A stretch of 64,000 bases of DNA from Candidatus Campbellbacteria bacterium (GTDB lineage Bacteria > Patescibacteriota > Minisyncoccia > Phycocordibacterales > EsbW-18): positions 30,097-94,096 of the forward strand of contig JANLIT010000003.1 of assembly GCA_024653945.1 (NCBI GenBank), read 5' to 3'. Made by a program: the position numbers and the translations under genes. Below the pieces are notes generated by a model, which saw only the letters and a list, made by a program, of their open reading frames with translations, did not search any database and was not told the origin of the DNA. Positions 56,431-64,000 of this stretch are shown in pieces. Every line of letters begins with the position of its first letter. The stretch's first letter is position 1.

Positions 56431-57711
56431 TCATTTTAATGCAATAATAAGATCTGATACATTTGACCCAGTGTTACCTGTTATAATCTGGGACGAAACT
56501 TTTTCAAAAAAGAGAAAGGAATTGTGGGACGCAAGGTGCTCTTCGATTGAAATACCTTGCTCGTGTGCTCTCCTTTGGGCAACGGCGTCACCTATCGCAC
56601 CCGCGATATCTGTATTATCACGCCCATCAGACGCACATGCAATAAGCGTCTCTCCATCACGAATATCCAAAAACCCGGCGAGAACAACCTCCTGATTTCG
56701 TCCGCCAACTCCGTGAGGACCTTCTGATATAACCGTTGTTTCACCACCAAACAATAGAACTGTTTTTTCTAGAGCCGTGTGCAGGCGATTTAGGGTTTCC
56801 TGCGCAATGTTGTGCGCTTCACCAGTGAGTGTTGTGGTAACAATCTCTGCCAAATACCCACGTGCCACGGCCTCTTTCTTCATCGCCTCAAGCGCAACTC
56901 TGTTTGAAACAACAACGATGTTGAGAGTGTGTTCAAAAACCTCTTTTTCTTTTGGTGTTTCAATAAGATATTCCGACACATGCTCAATAGTATATTTTTT
57001 AAGAATTGTCCGTGCGTCGATAGCTGTTGTTGTATCCAACACGGTCGGTCCAGATGCAATAAACGAAACATCATCACCGGGCACATCAGAAAAAATAAGT
57101 GCGACAAGTGTTGCGGGATGCGCATGCTGTGCCAAACCCCCACCACGGGCCGTTGAGAGATGTTTTCGCACTGTGTTCATTTCTTGAATCGTTGCTCCCT
57201 CATCCATAAGTGATGTAATAAGACGTGCCTCATCGCTAACCATCATGGACTGTGGTGGTTGAGAAAGAAGTGTTGAACCACCGCCTGAAATAACTACCAA
57301 AACAAGATCCCGTGATGTACACGAATCTAAAAATGTTAATAGCTTTGCAGTTGCATCAACATTTGCCTGTGTAGGAAGCGGATGAGTGCCAACAAAAAAA
57401 GAAACTCTCCCTGTTTGAGAGGTACCGGGCACAATATCTATAGCCATTCCGTCAGTCAATACGTCTCCTAGCACTTCTTCAAAAGTACGCACGGCCTCAA
57501 CAGAGCATTTACCGACCCCTACAACACGCACACGATCAAAGTCAGAGAGTGTATATAAACCATCAGCAGCATGAAGCACTCCCCCTTCTATAAAAACGGT
57601 TTTCTGAATTACCGCTCGTGTATCAATCGCAGAGAGTCCGGCGTCTAAAATTGAAAGTGCGTCGGTTCGCTGTGGTGTGGTCGCTAATTGCTCAAAATTC
57701 TTTATTTTCAT
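56431..57711 (-). CDS. Glycerate kinase (MOFRL family, GckA/TtuD-like); ATG abuts repeat copy E
   Basis: GVGKCSVEAV, ISGGGSTLL, DGRDNTD MOFRL motifs. 426 aa. Confidence 0.75.
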   Translation of the reverse strand: MKIKNFEQLATTPQRTDALSILDAGLSAIDTRAVIQKTVFIEGGVLHAADGLYTLSDFDRVRVVGVGKCSVEAVRTFEEVLGDVLTDGMAIDIVPGTSQTGRVSFFVGTHPLPTQANVDATAKLLTFLDSCTSRDLVLVVISGGGSTLLSQPPQSMMVSDEARLITSLMDEGATIQEMNTVRKHLSTARGGGLAQHAHPATLVALIFSDVPGDDVSFIASGPTVLDTTTAIDARTILKKYTIEHVSEYLIETPKEKEVFEHTLNIVVVSNRVALEAMKKEAVARGYLAEIVTTTLTGEAHNIAQETLNRLHTALEKTVLLFGGETTVISEGPHGVGGRNQEVVLAGFLDIRDGETLIACASDGRDNTDIAGAIGDAVAQRRAHEQGISIEEHLASHNSFLFFEKVSSQIITGNTGSNVSDLIIALK

Positions 57712-57770
57712 GCGATTTCACAAAATCGCGTCGCGCAAGTGTCAATTAAAGCGCGACGAATACTTGTGTG
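57712..57770 (-). repeat. Start-codon-abutting repeat element, copy E (short form)
   Basis: The reverse complement reads tcgtcgcgctttaattgacacttgcgcgacgcgattttgtgaaatcgcATG. Confidence 0.75.
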
Positions 57771-57835
57771 TACTCTCAGTGTACCAAGCAGGATCTAAAA
57801 ATACCACGGATAGCTGTATGACCTCATATAATAGA

Positions 57836-57870
57836 AAAACCACCCCGCCTTGGCGGGATGGTTTTTCTTC
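57836..57870. terminator. Bidirectional rho-independent terminator after cspA
   Basis: aaaaaCCACCCCGCCttgGCGGGATGGtttttc. Confidence 0.7.
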
Positions 57871-57877
57871 ACGACGC

Positions 57878-58075
57878 TTATGCGCGTGATACGTTTGTTG
57901 CTGCAGGGCCCTTCTCCCCGTCTACAACATCAAAGGAGACAACATCGCCAACCTTCAATTCTTCAAACGTAACGCCGTTCAATTCCTTAGAGTGGAAGAA
58001 AAGGTCCTTTGTTTCGCCTTCGCGAGAAATGAATCCAAATCCTCGATCTGTAAGAGTTTTGATAACTCCGTTCAT
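57878..58075 (-). CDS. cspA: Cold-shock protein (CspA family)
   Basis: MNGVIKTLTDRGFGFISREGETKDLFFHSKEL (RNP1/RNP2). 65 aa. Confidence 0.9.
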   Translation of the reverse strand: MNGVIKTLTDRGFGFISREGETKDLFFHSKELNGVTFEELKVGDVVSFDVVDGEKGPAATNVSRA

Positions 58076-58238
58076 ATTGATTTGATATATTTAAGACTAC
58101 TCAATAGCGAGAAACTCGACTTTATTTCTGCATCTCGCACCAGACTAGTGTATCTTATGTCAACACTTTTTGCAACGCCTTCTGTGGCTCGTCAATATGG
58201 CCTTATTTCAAGCCATAGTTAGTCATCTTGACCTGTGG

Positions 58239-59759
58239 CTATTCTATAAATGTTAACGCGTTGCCTGTTTTACTTCCACGGCCCGTTCGTCCTATGCGGT
58301 GGATGTAGTCGTCAAACGTCTGTGGCAAATCATAATTGATGACGTGTGTGATGTCAGCAATATCAAGACCTCGAGCTGCAACATCTGTTGCAACGAGAAC
58401 TTGCACATGATTTTCTTTGAATGAGCGGAGTGCACGTTGACGTCGTGCGTGATTTTTATCTCCATGAATTGATTCTGCTTTAAATCCTCGTTCAATAAGT
58501 TTTTGTGAAAGTTTTTCAACGCCGTGCTTTGTGCGTCCAAAAATCAATACTTTACTGAACTCTTTTTTATTGAGGAGGTCATGCAGAATATCCAATTTGT
58601 CTGCACCTGGGGCAACTCGTATAATATTTTGCTCAACACCTTGGGCTGTTTCTTGTGTTTTTACAGAAATAGAAACAGGTTCAACAAGAAAATCTTTAAT
58701 AAGTTTTTGAATATCACCCGAGAGTGTTGCTGAGAAGAAAAGTGTGTGGCGAGGTGTGGGCATTTTACCCATAATAAACTTCATATCATTGATGAATCCC
58801 ATATCAAGCATTCGGTCAGCTTCGTCAAGTACCACTGTGGCAAATTGTGCAGGACTAATTTTTCCTCGGGCAATGAGGTCTTTCAAACGACCCGGGGTTC
58901 CAATAATCACATTGTGTTGGCGATGTAAATCAGAAATCTGCTTGCCGATGCTCATACCCCCAACACAACACACTGAAAAAAGTCGCATACCACGCGCAAA
59001 TCCTTTAAACTCTTCATCAATTTGAAGCGCGAGCTCTCGGGTGGGTACCATAATGAGAATTTTTTCAACTGGACGAGTGCTTATTTTCTCAATAAGTGGA
59101 ATGAGAAACGCTGCAGTTTTCCCTGTTCCTGTATTTGCAATACCAACGACGTCCGACCCATTAAGAATGTGGGGAATAATTCTATCTTGAATTGGTGTTG
59201 GAAATTCGTATCCTTTTGAGACGATGGCTTGTTTTAAAGCTCCTGAAATTTTAAAATCATCAAAACGGTGTTCTGGAATAAAGTGTTCTACCTTTTCAGT
59301 AATAACGGCCTTGTTGATGAAACGATTGAAATCAATTCGCTCTCCACGGCCACGACTCCCTCCTTGTGGACCGCGACGAAATCCTCCTTTTTGTGGAGGA
59401 CGACCATAGGACACATGAGAAGAAGAACGCCCTCCTACACGTGGTGTGTATCCAGCTGGGCGTGGTCCATGTGCATGAGACGCAAAAGGACGAGCACCGT
59501 ACTGGCGTGGCTCCTGAGAATATGCGGAAGATGACACACCGCTTGGGCGTGGTGCATAGTTGTGAGGACGATGTGGTGAAGGTGCAGATGCAGGACGCAC
59601 ATACAGATGACCACCTGTGCGGGCACCAGATGCACTTGGAGCATGTGAAGAGTGCCCTCCTGGACGAGATGTTGAAGGACGTGAAAATGAGCGAGTACGA
59701 CCACCTACAGATCGAGAACCTCGCGGACGCGAAGAATTACTTGAGTTTTTTTGAAACAT
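58239..59759 (-). CDS. DEAD-box ATP-dependent RNA helicase with ~140-aa N-terminal R/S/G/P-rich low-complexity extension
   Basis: Q-motif F..PTPIQ, AQTGTGKT-like GIANTGTGKTAAF, DEAD (VLDEADRMLDMGF), SAT, HRIGRTGR. The N-terminus is RS/RG-rich. Confidence 0.85.
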   Translation of the reverse strand: MFQKNSSNSSRPRGSRSVGGRTRSFSRPSTSRPGGHSSHAPSASGARTGGHLYVRPASAPSPHRPHNYAPRPSGVSSSAYSQEPRQYGARPFASHAHGPRPAGYTPRVGGRSSSHVSYGRPPQKGGFRRGPQGGSRGRGERIDFNRFINKAVITEKVEHFIPEHRFDDFKISGALKQAIVSKGYEFPTPIQDRIIPHILNGSDVVGIANTGTGKTAAFLIPLIEKISTRPVEKILIMVPTRELALQIDEEFKGFARGMRLFSVCCVGGMSIGKQISDLHRQHNVIIGTPGRLKDLIARGKISPAQFATVVLDEADRMLDMGFINDMKFIMGKMPTPRHTLFFSATLSGDIQKLIKDFLVEPVSISVKTQETAQGVEQNIIRVAPGADKLDILHDLLNKKEFSKVLIFGRTKHGVEKLSQKLIERGFKAESIHGDKNHARRQRALRSFKENHVQVLVATDVAARGLDIADITHVINYDLPQTFDDYIHRIGRTGRGSKTGNALTFIE

Positions 59760-59915
59760 AAAGATTGCGATGACCAGTGTCTCGCCAGTTCTTTATGAGG
59801 TCTGTAATAAAAATAGTGACACCTCGCGTGTGGGACAAAGCCCTACACAAAACTAATGAGAATAGTTACCTGAGGTCACTATATCCTAGATACTCACCTT
59901 TGTCAACAAACACAC

Positions 59916-61706
59916 CTACCGACGAGCTTTTGCTCGATCTAGTTCAGAAAGATATTGTTTGCGAATGCGAACGTTTTTGGGAGTAATTTCTAAATATTCG
60001 TCTTCATTGATGACCTCTAGACCACGCTCAATACTGATTTCCAGTGGTGGAAAAAGAATAATTGCCTCATCGGTACCCGACGCGCGCATGTTGGTGAGTT
60101 GTTTTCCTTTAGTTGGGTTCACTGGCATTTCTTCTCCTTTTGACGTGTTTCCAACAACCATTCCTTCGTACACCTCAACTCCAGGACCAATGTAGAGTAC
60201 TCCTCGATCTTGTAAACCCCACAATGAAAAGGCAACTGATTTTCCTGATACCATAGAAATCATAGAACCAACGGCCTTTCGTTTTATTTCTCCAGCATAC
60301 GGTTTGAACCCGAGTACATGAGAGGCAAGAATTCCCTCCCCTTTTGTATCAATAACAAACTGGTTTCGATACCCAAGAAGACCCCGTGTTGGACCTTCAA
60401 AAATAATTCGGGAGGTAAGACCTCCGTGTTCTTGAAGTATACCTTTCAATATGAAACCTCTATTACTCAAACGATCAATAACACTTCCTTGAAATTCATT
60501 CGGTACATCAATGACCACTTCTTCAAACGGTTCACTTTTTACACCGTTTTCTTCACGAATGATGACGTGTGGTTGAGATACTTGTACTTCATATCCCGCA
60601 CGTCGCATATTTTCAAGAAGAATCGCAATATGCAATTCTCCACGTCCATATACTTTAAAACTATCATTTCCAGAAAAATCAATTTTCAATCCAACATTCA
60701 CCTCAATTTCTCGTTCCAAGTATTCACGTATTTGTCGTGACGTCACATATTGGCCGTCTTTACCCGCAAAAGGAGAATTATTGACCAAAAATTGCAATAC
60801 AATTGTTGGCTCATCAACGGCAATTGCTGGAAGTGGTCCAGCGTCAGCGTCTGAGGTGATAGTTTCTCCAATATCAATATCAGGAAGACCTGCAACAATC
60901 ACAATGTCACCTGCACGAGCACTTTTTGCTTCAACTCGAGCAAGACCCTCAAAGGTAAACACGGAGGTAATCTTACCTGCACGTGTTGTCCCATCTGGTT
61001 TTTTAACAAACACATTCATTCCTGGCGCAATTTCACCTTCATAAATACGTGCAACGGCCATACGCCCAAGGAAATTGTCGTATGCAAGGTTAAATGACTG
61101 AAGACGAAGTGGGTGTTGGTTTTTTTCAGGAGACGATGCTGGTTGCACATGTTCAAGAATAACATCAAGAAGTGGCATTAAATCTTGAGAATCATCCTCT
61201 AAATTTTTCTTTGCAATTCCTGCTCGTCCAATCGCATACACAACAGGAAAATCAAGCTGGTTTTCTGCTGCGCCGAGCTCCATAAACAATTCCAGCACTT
61301 CATCGTGACAACGAGCTGGGTCAGCCGCTGGTTTATCAATTTTGTTAATAACGACAATTGGCTTGAGTCCGAGCTCGAGAGATTTCTTAAGTACAAAACG
61401 TGTCTGAGGCATTGGACCCTCCTGCGCATCAACAACAAGAAGCACGCAGTCAATGGAGCGCAACACTCGTTCAACCTCAGAACCAAAGTCGGCGTGTCCT
61501 GGTGTGTCAACAATGTTCACTTTTGTACCCTTGTACATCAGTGATGCATTTTTTGCATAAATAGTAATACCACGCTCTAGTTCAAGTGTATTTGAGTCCA
61601 TGGAGACACCCTCTTTGGTGGCACCTGTTTGGCGCATGAGTGCGTCGGTAAGAGTTGTCTTGCCGTGGTCCACGTGTGCAATTATTGCGATATTTCTGAT
61701 TTCCAT
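59916..61706 (-). CDS. typA: Translational GTPase TypA/BipA
   Basis: [29 protein letters not shown]. 596 aa. EF-G-like domain order without domain IV. Confidence 0.85.
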   Translation of the reverse strand: MEIRNIAIIAHVDHGKTTLTDALMRQTGATKEGVSMDSNTLELERGITIYAKNASLMYKGTKVNIVDTPGHADFGSEVERVLRSIDCVLLVVDAQEGPMPQTRFVLKKSLELGLKPIVVINKIDKPAADPARCHDEVLELFMELGAAENQLDFPVVYAIGRAGIAKKNLEDDSQDLMPLLDVILEHVQPASSPEKNQHPLRLQSFNLAYDNFLGRMAVARIYEGEIAPGMNVFVKKPDGTTRAGKITSVFTFEGLARVEAKSARAGDIVIVAGLPDIDIGETITSDADAGPLPAIAVDEPTIVLQFLVNNSPFAGKDGQYVTSRQIREYLEREIEVNVGLKIDFSGNDSFKVYGRGELHIAILLENMRRAGYEVQVSQPHVIIREENGVKSEPFEEVVIDVPNEFQGSVIDRLSNRGFILKGILQEHGGLTSRIIFEGPTRGLLGYRNQFVIDTKGEGILASHVLGFKPYAGEIKRKAVGSMISMVSGKSVAFSLWGLQDRGVLYIGPGVEVYEGMVVGNTSKGEEMPVNPTKGKQLTNMRASGTDEAIILFPPLEISIERGLEVINEDEYLEITPKNVRIRKQYLSELDRAKARR

Positions 61707-61824
61707 ATGAAAGTGGGTATTCTTTAGCGGGATAAAAAAATCCCGCCCGGCGGGTACTGCTACACTATACGCTCTTTACACCAATGCGTCAAAGCACCCT
61801 TTCTGTGGGTCCTTTGATAGAAAC

Positions 61825-61855
61825 AAAAATACCCCGCCAAAGGCGGGGTATTTTT
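61825..61855. terminator. Bidirectional rho-independent terminator
   Basis: aaaaaTACCCCGCCaaaGGCGGGGTAttttt. Confidence 0.75.
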
Positions 61856-61861
61856 AGTTTG

Positions 61862-62062
61862 TTATTTGAGTGCTGCCGCGTCTTCCTTAGAGAGGAATTT
61901 GAACATTCCTGTTCCGCAGACCGCACACTTACCTTTTGCGGAATATTTTTTTGCTCCACCCTTTCCTTCCTTTTCCAAGACATTTATATCCGTCATTACT
62001 TGCATTTGGTGCTCCTTACCTTTTTGTCGACACTTCATGCAAAGTGCTTTAAGTTCTGCCAT
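61862..62062 (-). CDS. Small C4 zinc-ribbon protein (DUF5679-like)
   Basis: MAELKALCMKCRQKGKEHQMQVMTDINVLEKEGKGGAKKYSAKGKCAVCGTGMFKFL (CxxC..CxxCG). Start set at the internal ATG. Confidence 0.55.
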   Translation of the reverse strand: MAELKALCMKCRQKGKEHQMQVMTDINVLEKEGKGGAKKYSAKGKCAVCGTGMFKFLSKEDAAALK

Positions 62063-62152
62063 GTAATTGTTATTAGTGACTAATACTTCCCCAATAGTAC
62101 CATAAAACCCATAAAACGCAAAACACCACTTTATTGGTTCTGTATACACTAC

Positions 62153-62629
62153 CTACATGTTCTCCGGCAAGGGGTTGATACCAAGGATAGGAGCTATATA
62201 GAAGGTCACTACATACTCTTGTGGGTTGATACTAATGGTCGATTTTGGAGTGGGTGTAACCGAGAGTAGTGAGACGCGGTAGCCCGCAAAAGTGACCGGT
62301 TGCTCATTTTCTACCATGGTTACTGTTGTTTTTTCAGTTCCACTTTGGAGTGTGACATCAACAGTAACTGCGCCTGCCCAAATACACTGTACGTCGGTAG
62401 GACAACGGCTATCTGATACCACCTTATTGAGTGTCAGGGAAAGCCCCGCACCTTCCCCAGTCTTTCCTACCCCAAGCGCAACTTCTGCAGGTGCGCGAAC
62501 TCGTCCGTCATCTGTATTTTGATTTTCATCTTCAGGAGTAATTGGTTCTTGTGTACGCGAAGAAAAAATCACATACGACACTCCAGAAAGAATTACGAGG
62601 CCAATAACAATGTAAAATATTTTTTTCAT
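62153..62629 (-). CDS. Hypothetical secreted protein (N-terminal TM, CPxDVQC motif); ATG abuts repeat copy F
   Basis: 158 aa. SDSRCPTDVQCIWAGAVTVDV resembles the CPxxxxC motif of 268..804. Confidence 0.5.
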   Translation of the reverse strand: MKKIFYIVIGLVILSGVSYVIFSSRTQEPITPEDENQNTDDGRVRAPAEVALGVGKTGEGAGLSLTLNKVVSDSRCPTDVQCIWAGAVTVDVTLQSGTEKTTVTMVENEQPVTFAGYRVSLLSVTPTPKSTISINPQEYVVTFYIAPILGINPLPENM

Positions 62630-62690
62630 ACGATTTCACAAAATCGTGTCGCGCAACTGTCCGCTAAAGCGCGACGTTAATTTTATTTTT
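62630..62690 (-). repeat. Start-codon-abutting repeat element, copy F (short form)
   Basis: The reverse complement reads acgtcgcgctttagcggacagttgcgcgacacgattttgtgaaatcgtATG. Confidence 0.75.
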
Positions 62691-62785
62691 ATTTGTTAAT
62701 GTTTTGCTCTAGATAAGTATACCCAACACATAGGGATTACCCAAACTATTATGTGCTGGGTTGTATTTCTTAATCCCAGAAAACA

Positions 62786-62818
62786 AAAGCCCCTCCACTG
62801 TGGTCGGGGCTTTTGTTG
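62786..62818 (-). terminator. Rho-independent terminator after poly-Asp protein gene
   Basis: aaaAGCCCCtccactgtggtcGGGGCTtttgttg. Confidence 0.65.
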
Positions 62819-62832
62819 ATTATACGAGATGA

Positions 62833-63495
62833 TTAGTTGTCGTCATCATCGTCATCATCATCGTCGTCGTCATCATCGTCGTCGTCATCATCGTCATCAT
62901 CATCGTCGTCATCATCGTCGTCGTCACCGTCACTACAATCATCAATACCGTCATTGACGCCGTTTGCCCACGTCTTGTCACTTGCACGACTTACGCGGTT
63001 CTCTGTTTCAATAACAAGCTCATCCTCAACTTGAGTAAGAGTTAGTGTGCTGTATTCCGCAAGAACATCCTCAATAATATCTGCTCGTACTGTTGAACTT
63101 GTTGTGAAGAGATCTTTTGTACCATTGAACTCAACCTTAATGAGAGTTTCATTGGTGTAGACTTTTGCTTCAAGTTCAGTAAGTCCTGATGTGTTTGTTG
63201 TACTCGTTGCACAATCATCATCTGAGTCATCATTTGAGTCATCATTTGAGTCATCATTTGAATTGTTTTCCCCTCTGCTGAGAAGTGCGAGTTGATTTGT
63301 CAGAAGTTCAATTAACCTCTGTAGCAACGATTCGAGGGTCTTTTGAAGTTGCTCAATATTTGCTACCGAATTTGAATTGTCCGACTCTGCGTGAACATAC
63401 TTCACGTTCAGTGTACTAAAAAGACCAACACCCAAAATAAGTGCTAGTGCAAATGCCACAAATGCTTTTTTATACGATTTTTTTTGCATAAACAA
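62833..63495 (-). CDS. Secreted acidic protein with ~45-residue poly-Asp C-terminal tail and internal (DDSN)n repeats
   Basis: Signal peptide MFMQKKSYKKAFVAFALALILGVGLF. ...NDDSNDDSNDDSDDDC... and a C-terminal D(45)N. Confidence 0.55.
   Translation of the reverse strand: MFMQKKSYKKAFVAFALALILGVGLFSTLNVKYVHAESDNSNSVANIEQLQKTLESLLQRLIELLTNQLALLSRGENNSNDDSNDDSNDDSDDDCATSTTNTSGLTELEAKVYTNETLIKVEFNGTKDLFTTSSTVRADIIEDVLAEYSTLTLTQVEDELVIETENRVSRASDKTWANGVNDGIDDCSDGDDDDDDDDDDDDDDDDDDDDDDDDDDDDDN
62835..62935. repeat. (GAY)n trinucleotide microsatellite encoding the poly-Asp tail
   Basis: About 100 bp of gtcgtc/atcatc repeats read directly. Confidence 0.8.
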
Positions 63496-63628
63496 TAATA
63501 TTATGTATAAATTAGTGTCCGCTAATATGCGGACTTACTACTAGTATATGATACCGCACTGGAAGCGTTACATCTAGTACGAACAAAAAATACGGGAATA
63601 CAAAATATATATTTGTCAAAATAAAGAA

Positions 63629-63991
63629 CTATTCTTGTACGCAGGTGTTGTGTGCTTTCACTTGCGCATTATACGTTGCAACGTCATTTTTTGATTGCTC
63701 AACAAACACATTGTACTGGTGCACGAGTGTGTTGTATACATCAACTTTCTGTGTATACACAGAACCGCGAGTTGGTTTTGTCGCCTCTATATCGTCAAGC
63801 ATGTCCGATAATTTTTGTTCAAGCTCAGAAAGTAATTGCTGGCTTGCTTCAATCTGATTGTTGAGGGTGATGCTTACTTCTGGACAATCAGACGTTGGCC
63901 GACCAAATTCTTGCACCGCCAACCATACTGCTTCTCCATTAAATAGTCCCTTTTTAATCGCCACGCCAATTTCTGTATATTTTGAATTCAA
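63629..63991 (-). CDS. Hypothetical protein (possibly N-terminally truncated by window edge)
   Basis: 120-aa ORF ending 9 nt from the window end. No recognisable motif. Confidence 0.3.
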   Translation of the reverse strand: MNSKYTEIGVAIKKGLFNGEAVWLAVQEFGRPTSDCPEVSITLNNQIEASQQLLSELEQKLSDMLDDIEATKPTRGSVYTQKVDVYNTLVHQYNVFVEQSKNDVATYNAQVKAHNTCVQE

Positions 63992-64000
63992 AATATTCTC

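Noticed and set aside
57712-57770. Rex-type operator (TTGTGAA half-site) within the element
   Set aside because: Only one half-site (TTGTGAA) is present. The partner TTCACAA is absent, and the palindrome is CGATTT/AAATCG instead.
46-62690. Repeat elements as integron attC sites or as simple transcription terminators
   Set aside because: The elements sit 5' of ORFs, ending exactly at the ATG, on both strands among core genes. attC sites lie 3' of co-oriented cassettes. Three of the upstream genes already have separate canonical terminators, so terminator function alone does not explain them.
1-64000. CRISPR array / cas genes
   Set aside because: No series of regularly spaced direct repeats with unique spacers was found. 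The only tandem repeats are an 8-bp microsatellite in uvrC, a (GAY)n tract and a 27-bp duplication inside a repeat element. No Cas-like proteins appear among the ORFs.

Overview
The window is bacterial chromosome with a compact, AT-leaning (by eye roughly 40-45 % GC), housekeeping-dense backbone that looks like a reduced-genome (CPR/Patescibacteria-like) lineage. Genes I can support from the translations are below; native genes mostly lack Shine-Dalgarno motifs.

- Aminoacyl-tRNA synthetases: glyQS-type GlyRS, TrpRS, a compact AspRS, GluRS, CysRS.
- Chromosome condensation: ScpA, ScpB.
- Cell-wall cluster: DacA-like carboxypeptidase, MraY, FtsW, MurG, an M23 peptidase, Ddl and a PAP2 phosphatase.
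- Ribosomal proteins bL27, bL9 and bL21; DnaB; RecR; UvrA, a compact UvrC and UvrB.
- CorA; a CtpA-type S41 protease; NDH-2.
- An OmpR-type regulator with a sensor-less histidine kinase, next to a MacB/FtsX-type ABC exporter with an HlyD-like adaptor and a TMEM175/DUF1211-type channel.
- FKBP, enolase, a D-2-hydroxyacid dehydrogenase, PEP synthase, glycerate kinase, CspA, a DEAD-box helicase and TypA/BipA.
- Two tRNAs: Pro-CGG and Ala-UGC.

No rRNA, CRISPR array, integrase or transposase was seen.

Two things are not explained by ordinary annotation.

(1) A repeat family of about 60-220 bp ends exactly at the ATG of at least six genes. It carries a conserved tandem double hairpin (CGTCGCGC..GCGCGACG, then CGATTT-tgtg-AAATCG) with compensatory base changes between copies. 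There is also one truncated copy and one degenerate copy.

(2) At least ten short GC-rich insertions (by eye mid/upper-50s % GC) sit between core genes, each usually a single ORF with a strong SD and its own intrinsic terminator, much like phage morons or cassettes. The largest (about 2.7-6.4 kb) encodes a PD-(D/E)xK/VRR-NUC-like nuclease plus a roughly 900-aa protein whose C-terminus is a DnaG-type primase core (CHC2 zinc finger and TOPRIM) behind a roughly 550-aa N-terminal domain of unknown function. Two of these insertions share a near-identical terminator despite unrelated ORFs.

Two further GC-rich stretches have no convincing ORF but do have terminators, and could be ncRNAs or decayed cassettes. 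Also notable are a signal-peptide protein ending in about 45 consecutive Asp encoded by a (GAY)n microsatellite, a 42-bp perfect palindrome, and a long-range inverted repeat occluding the aspS start.
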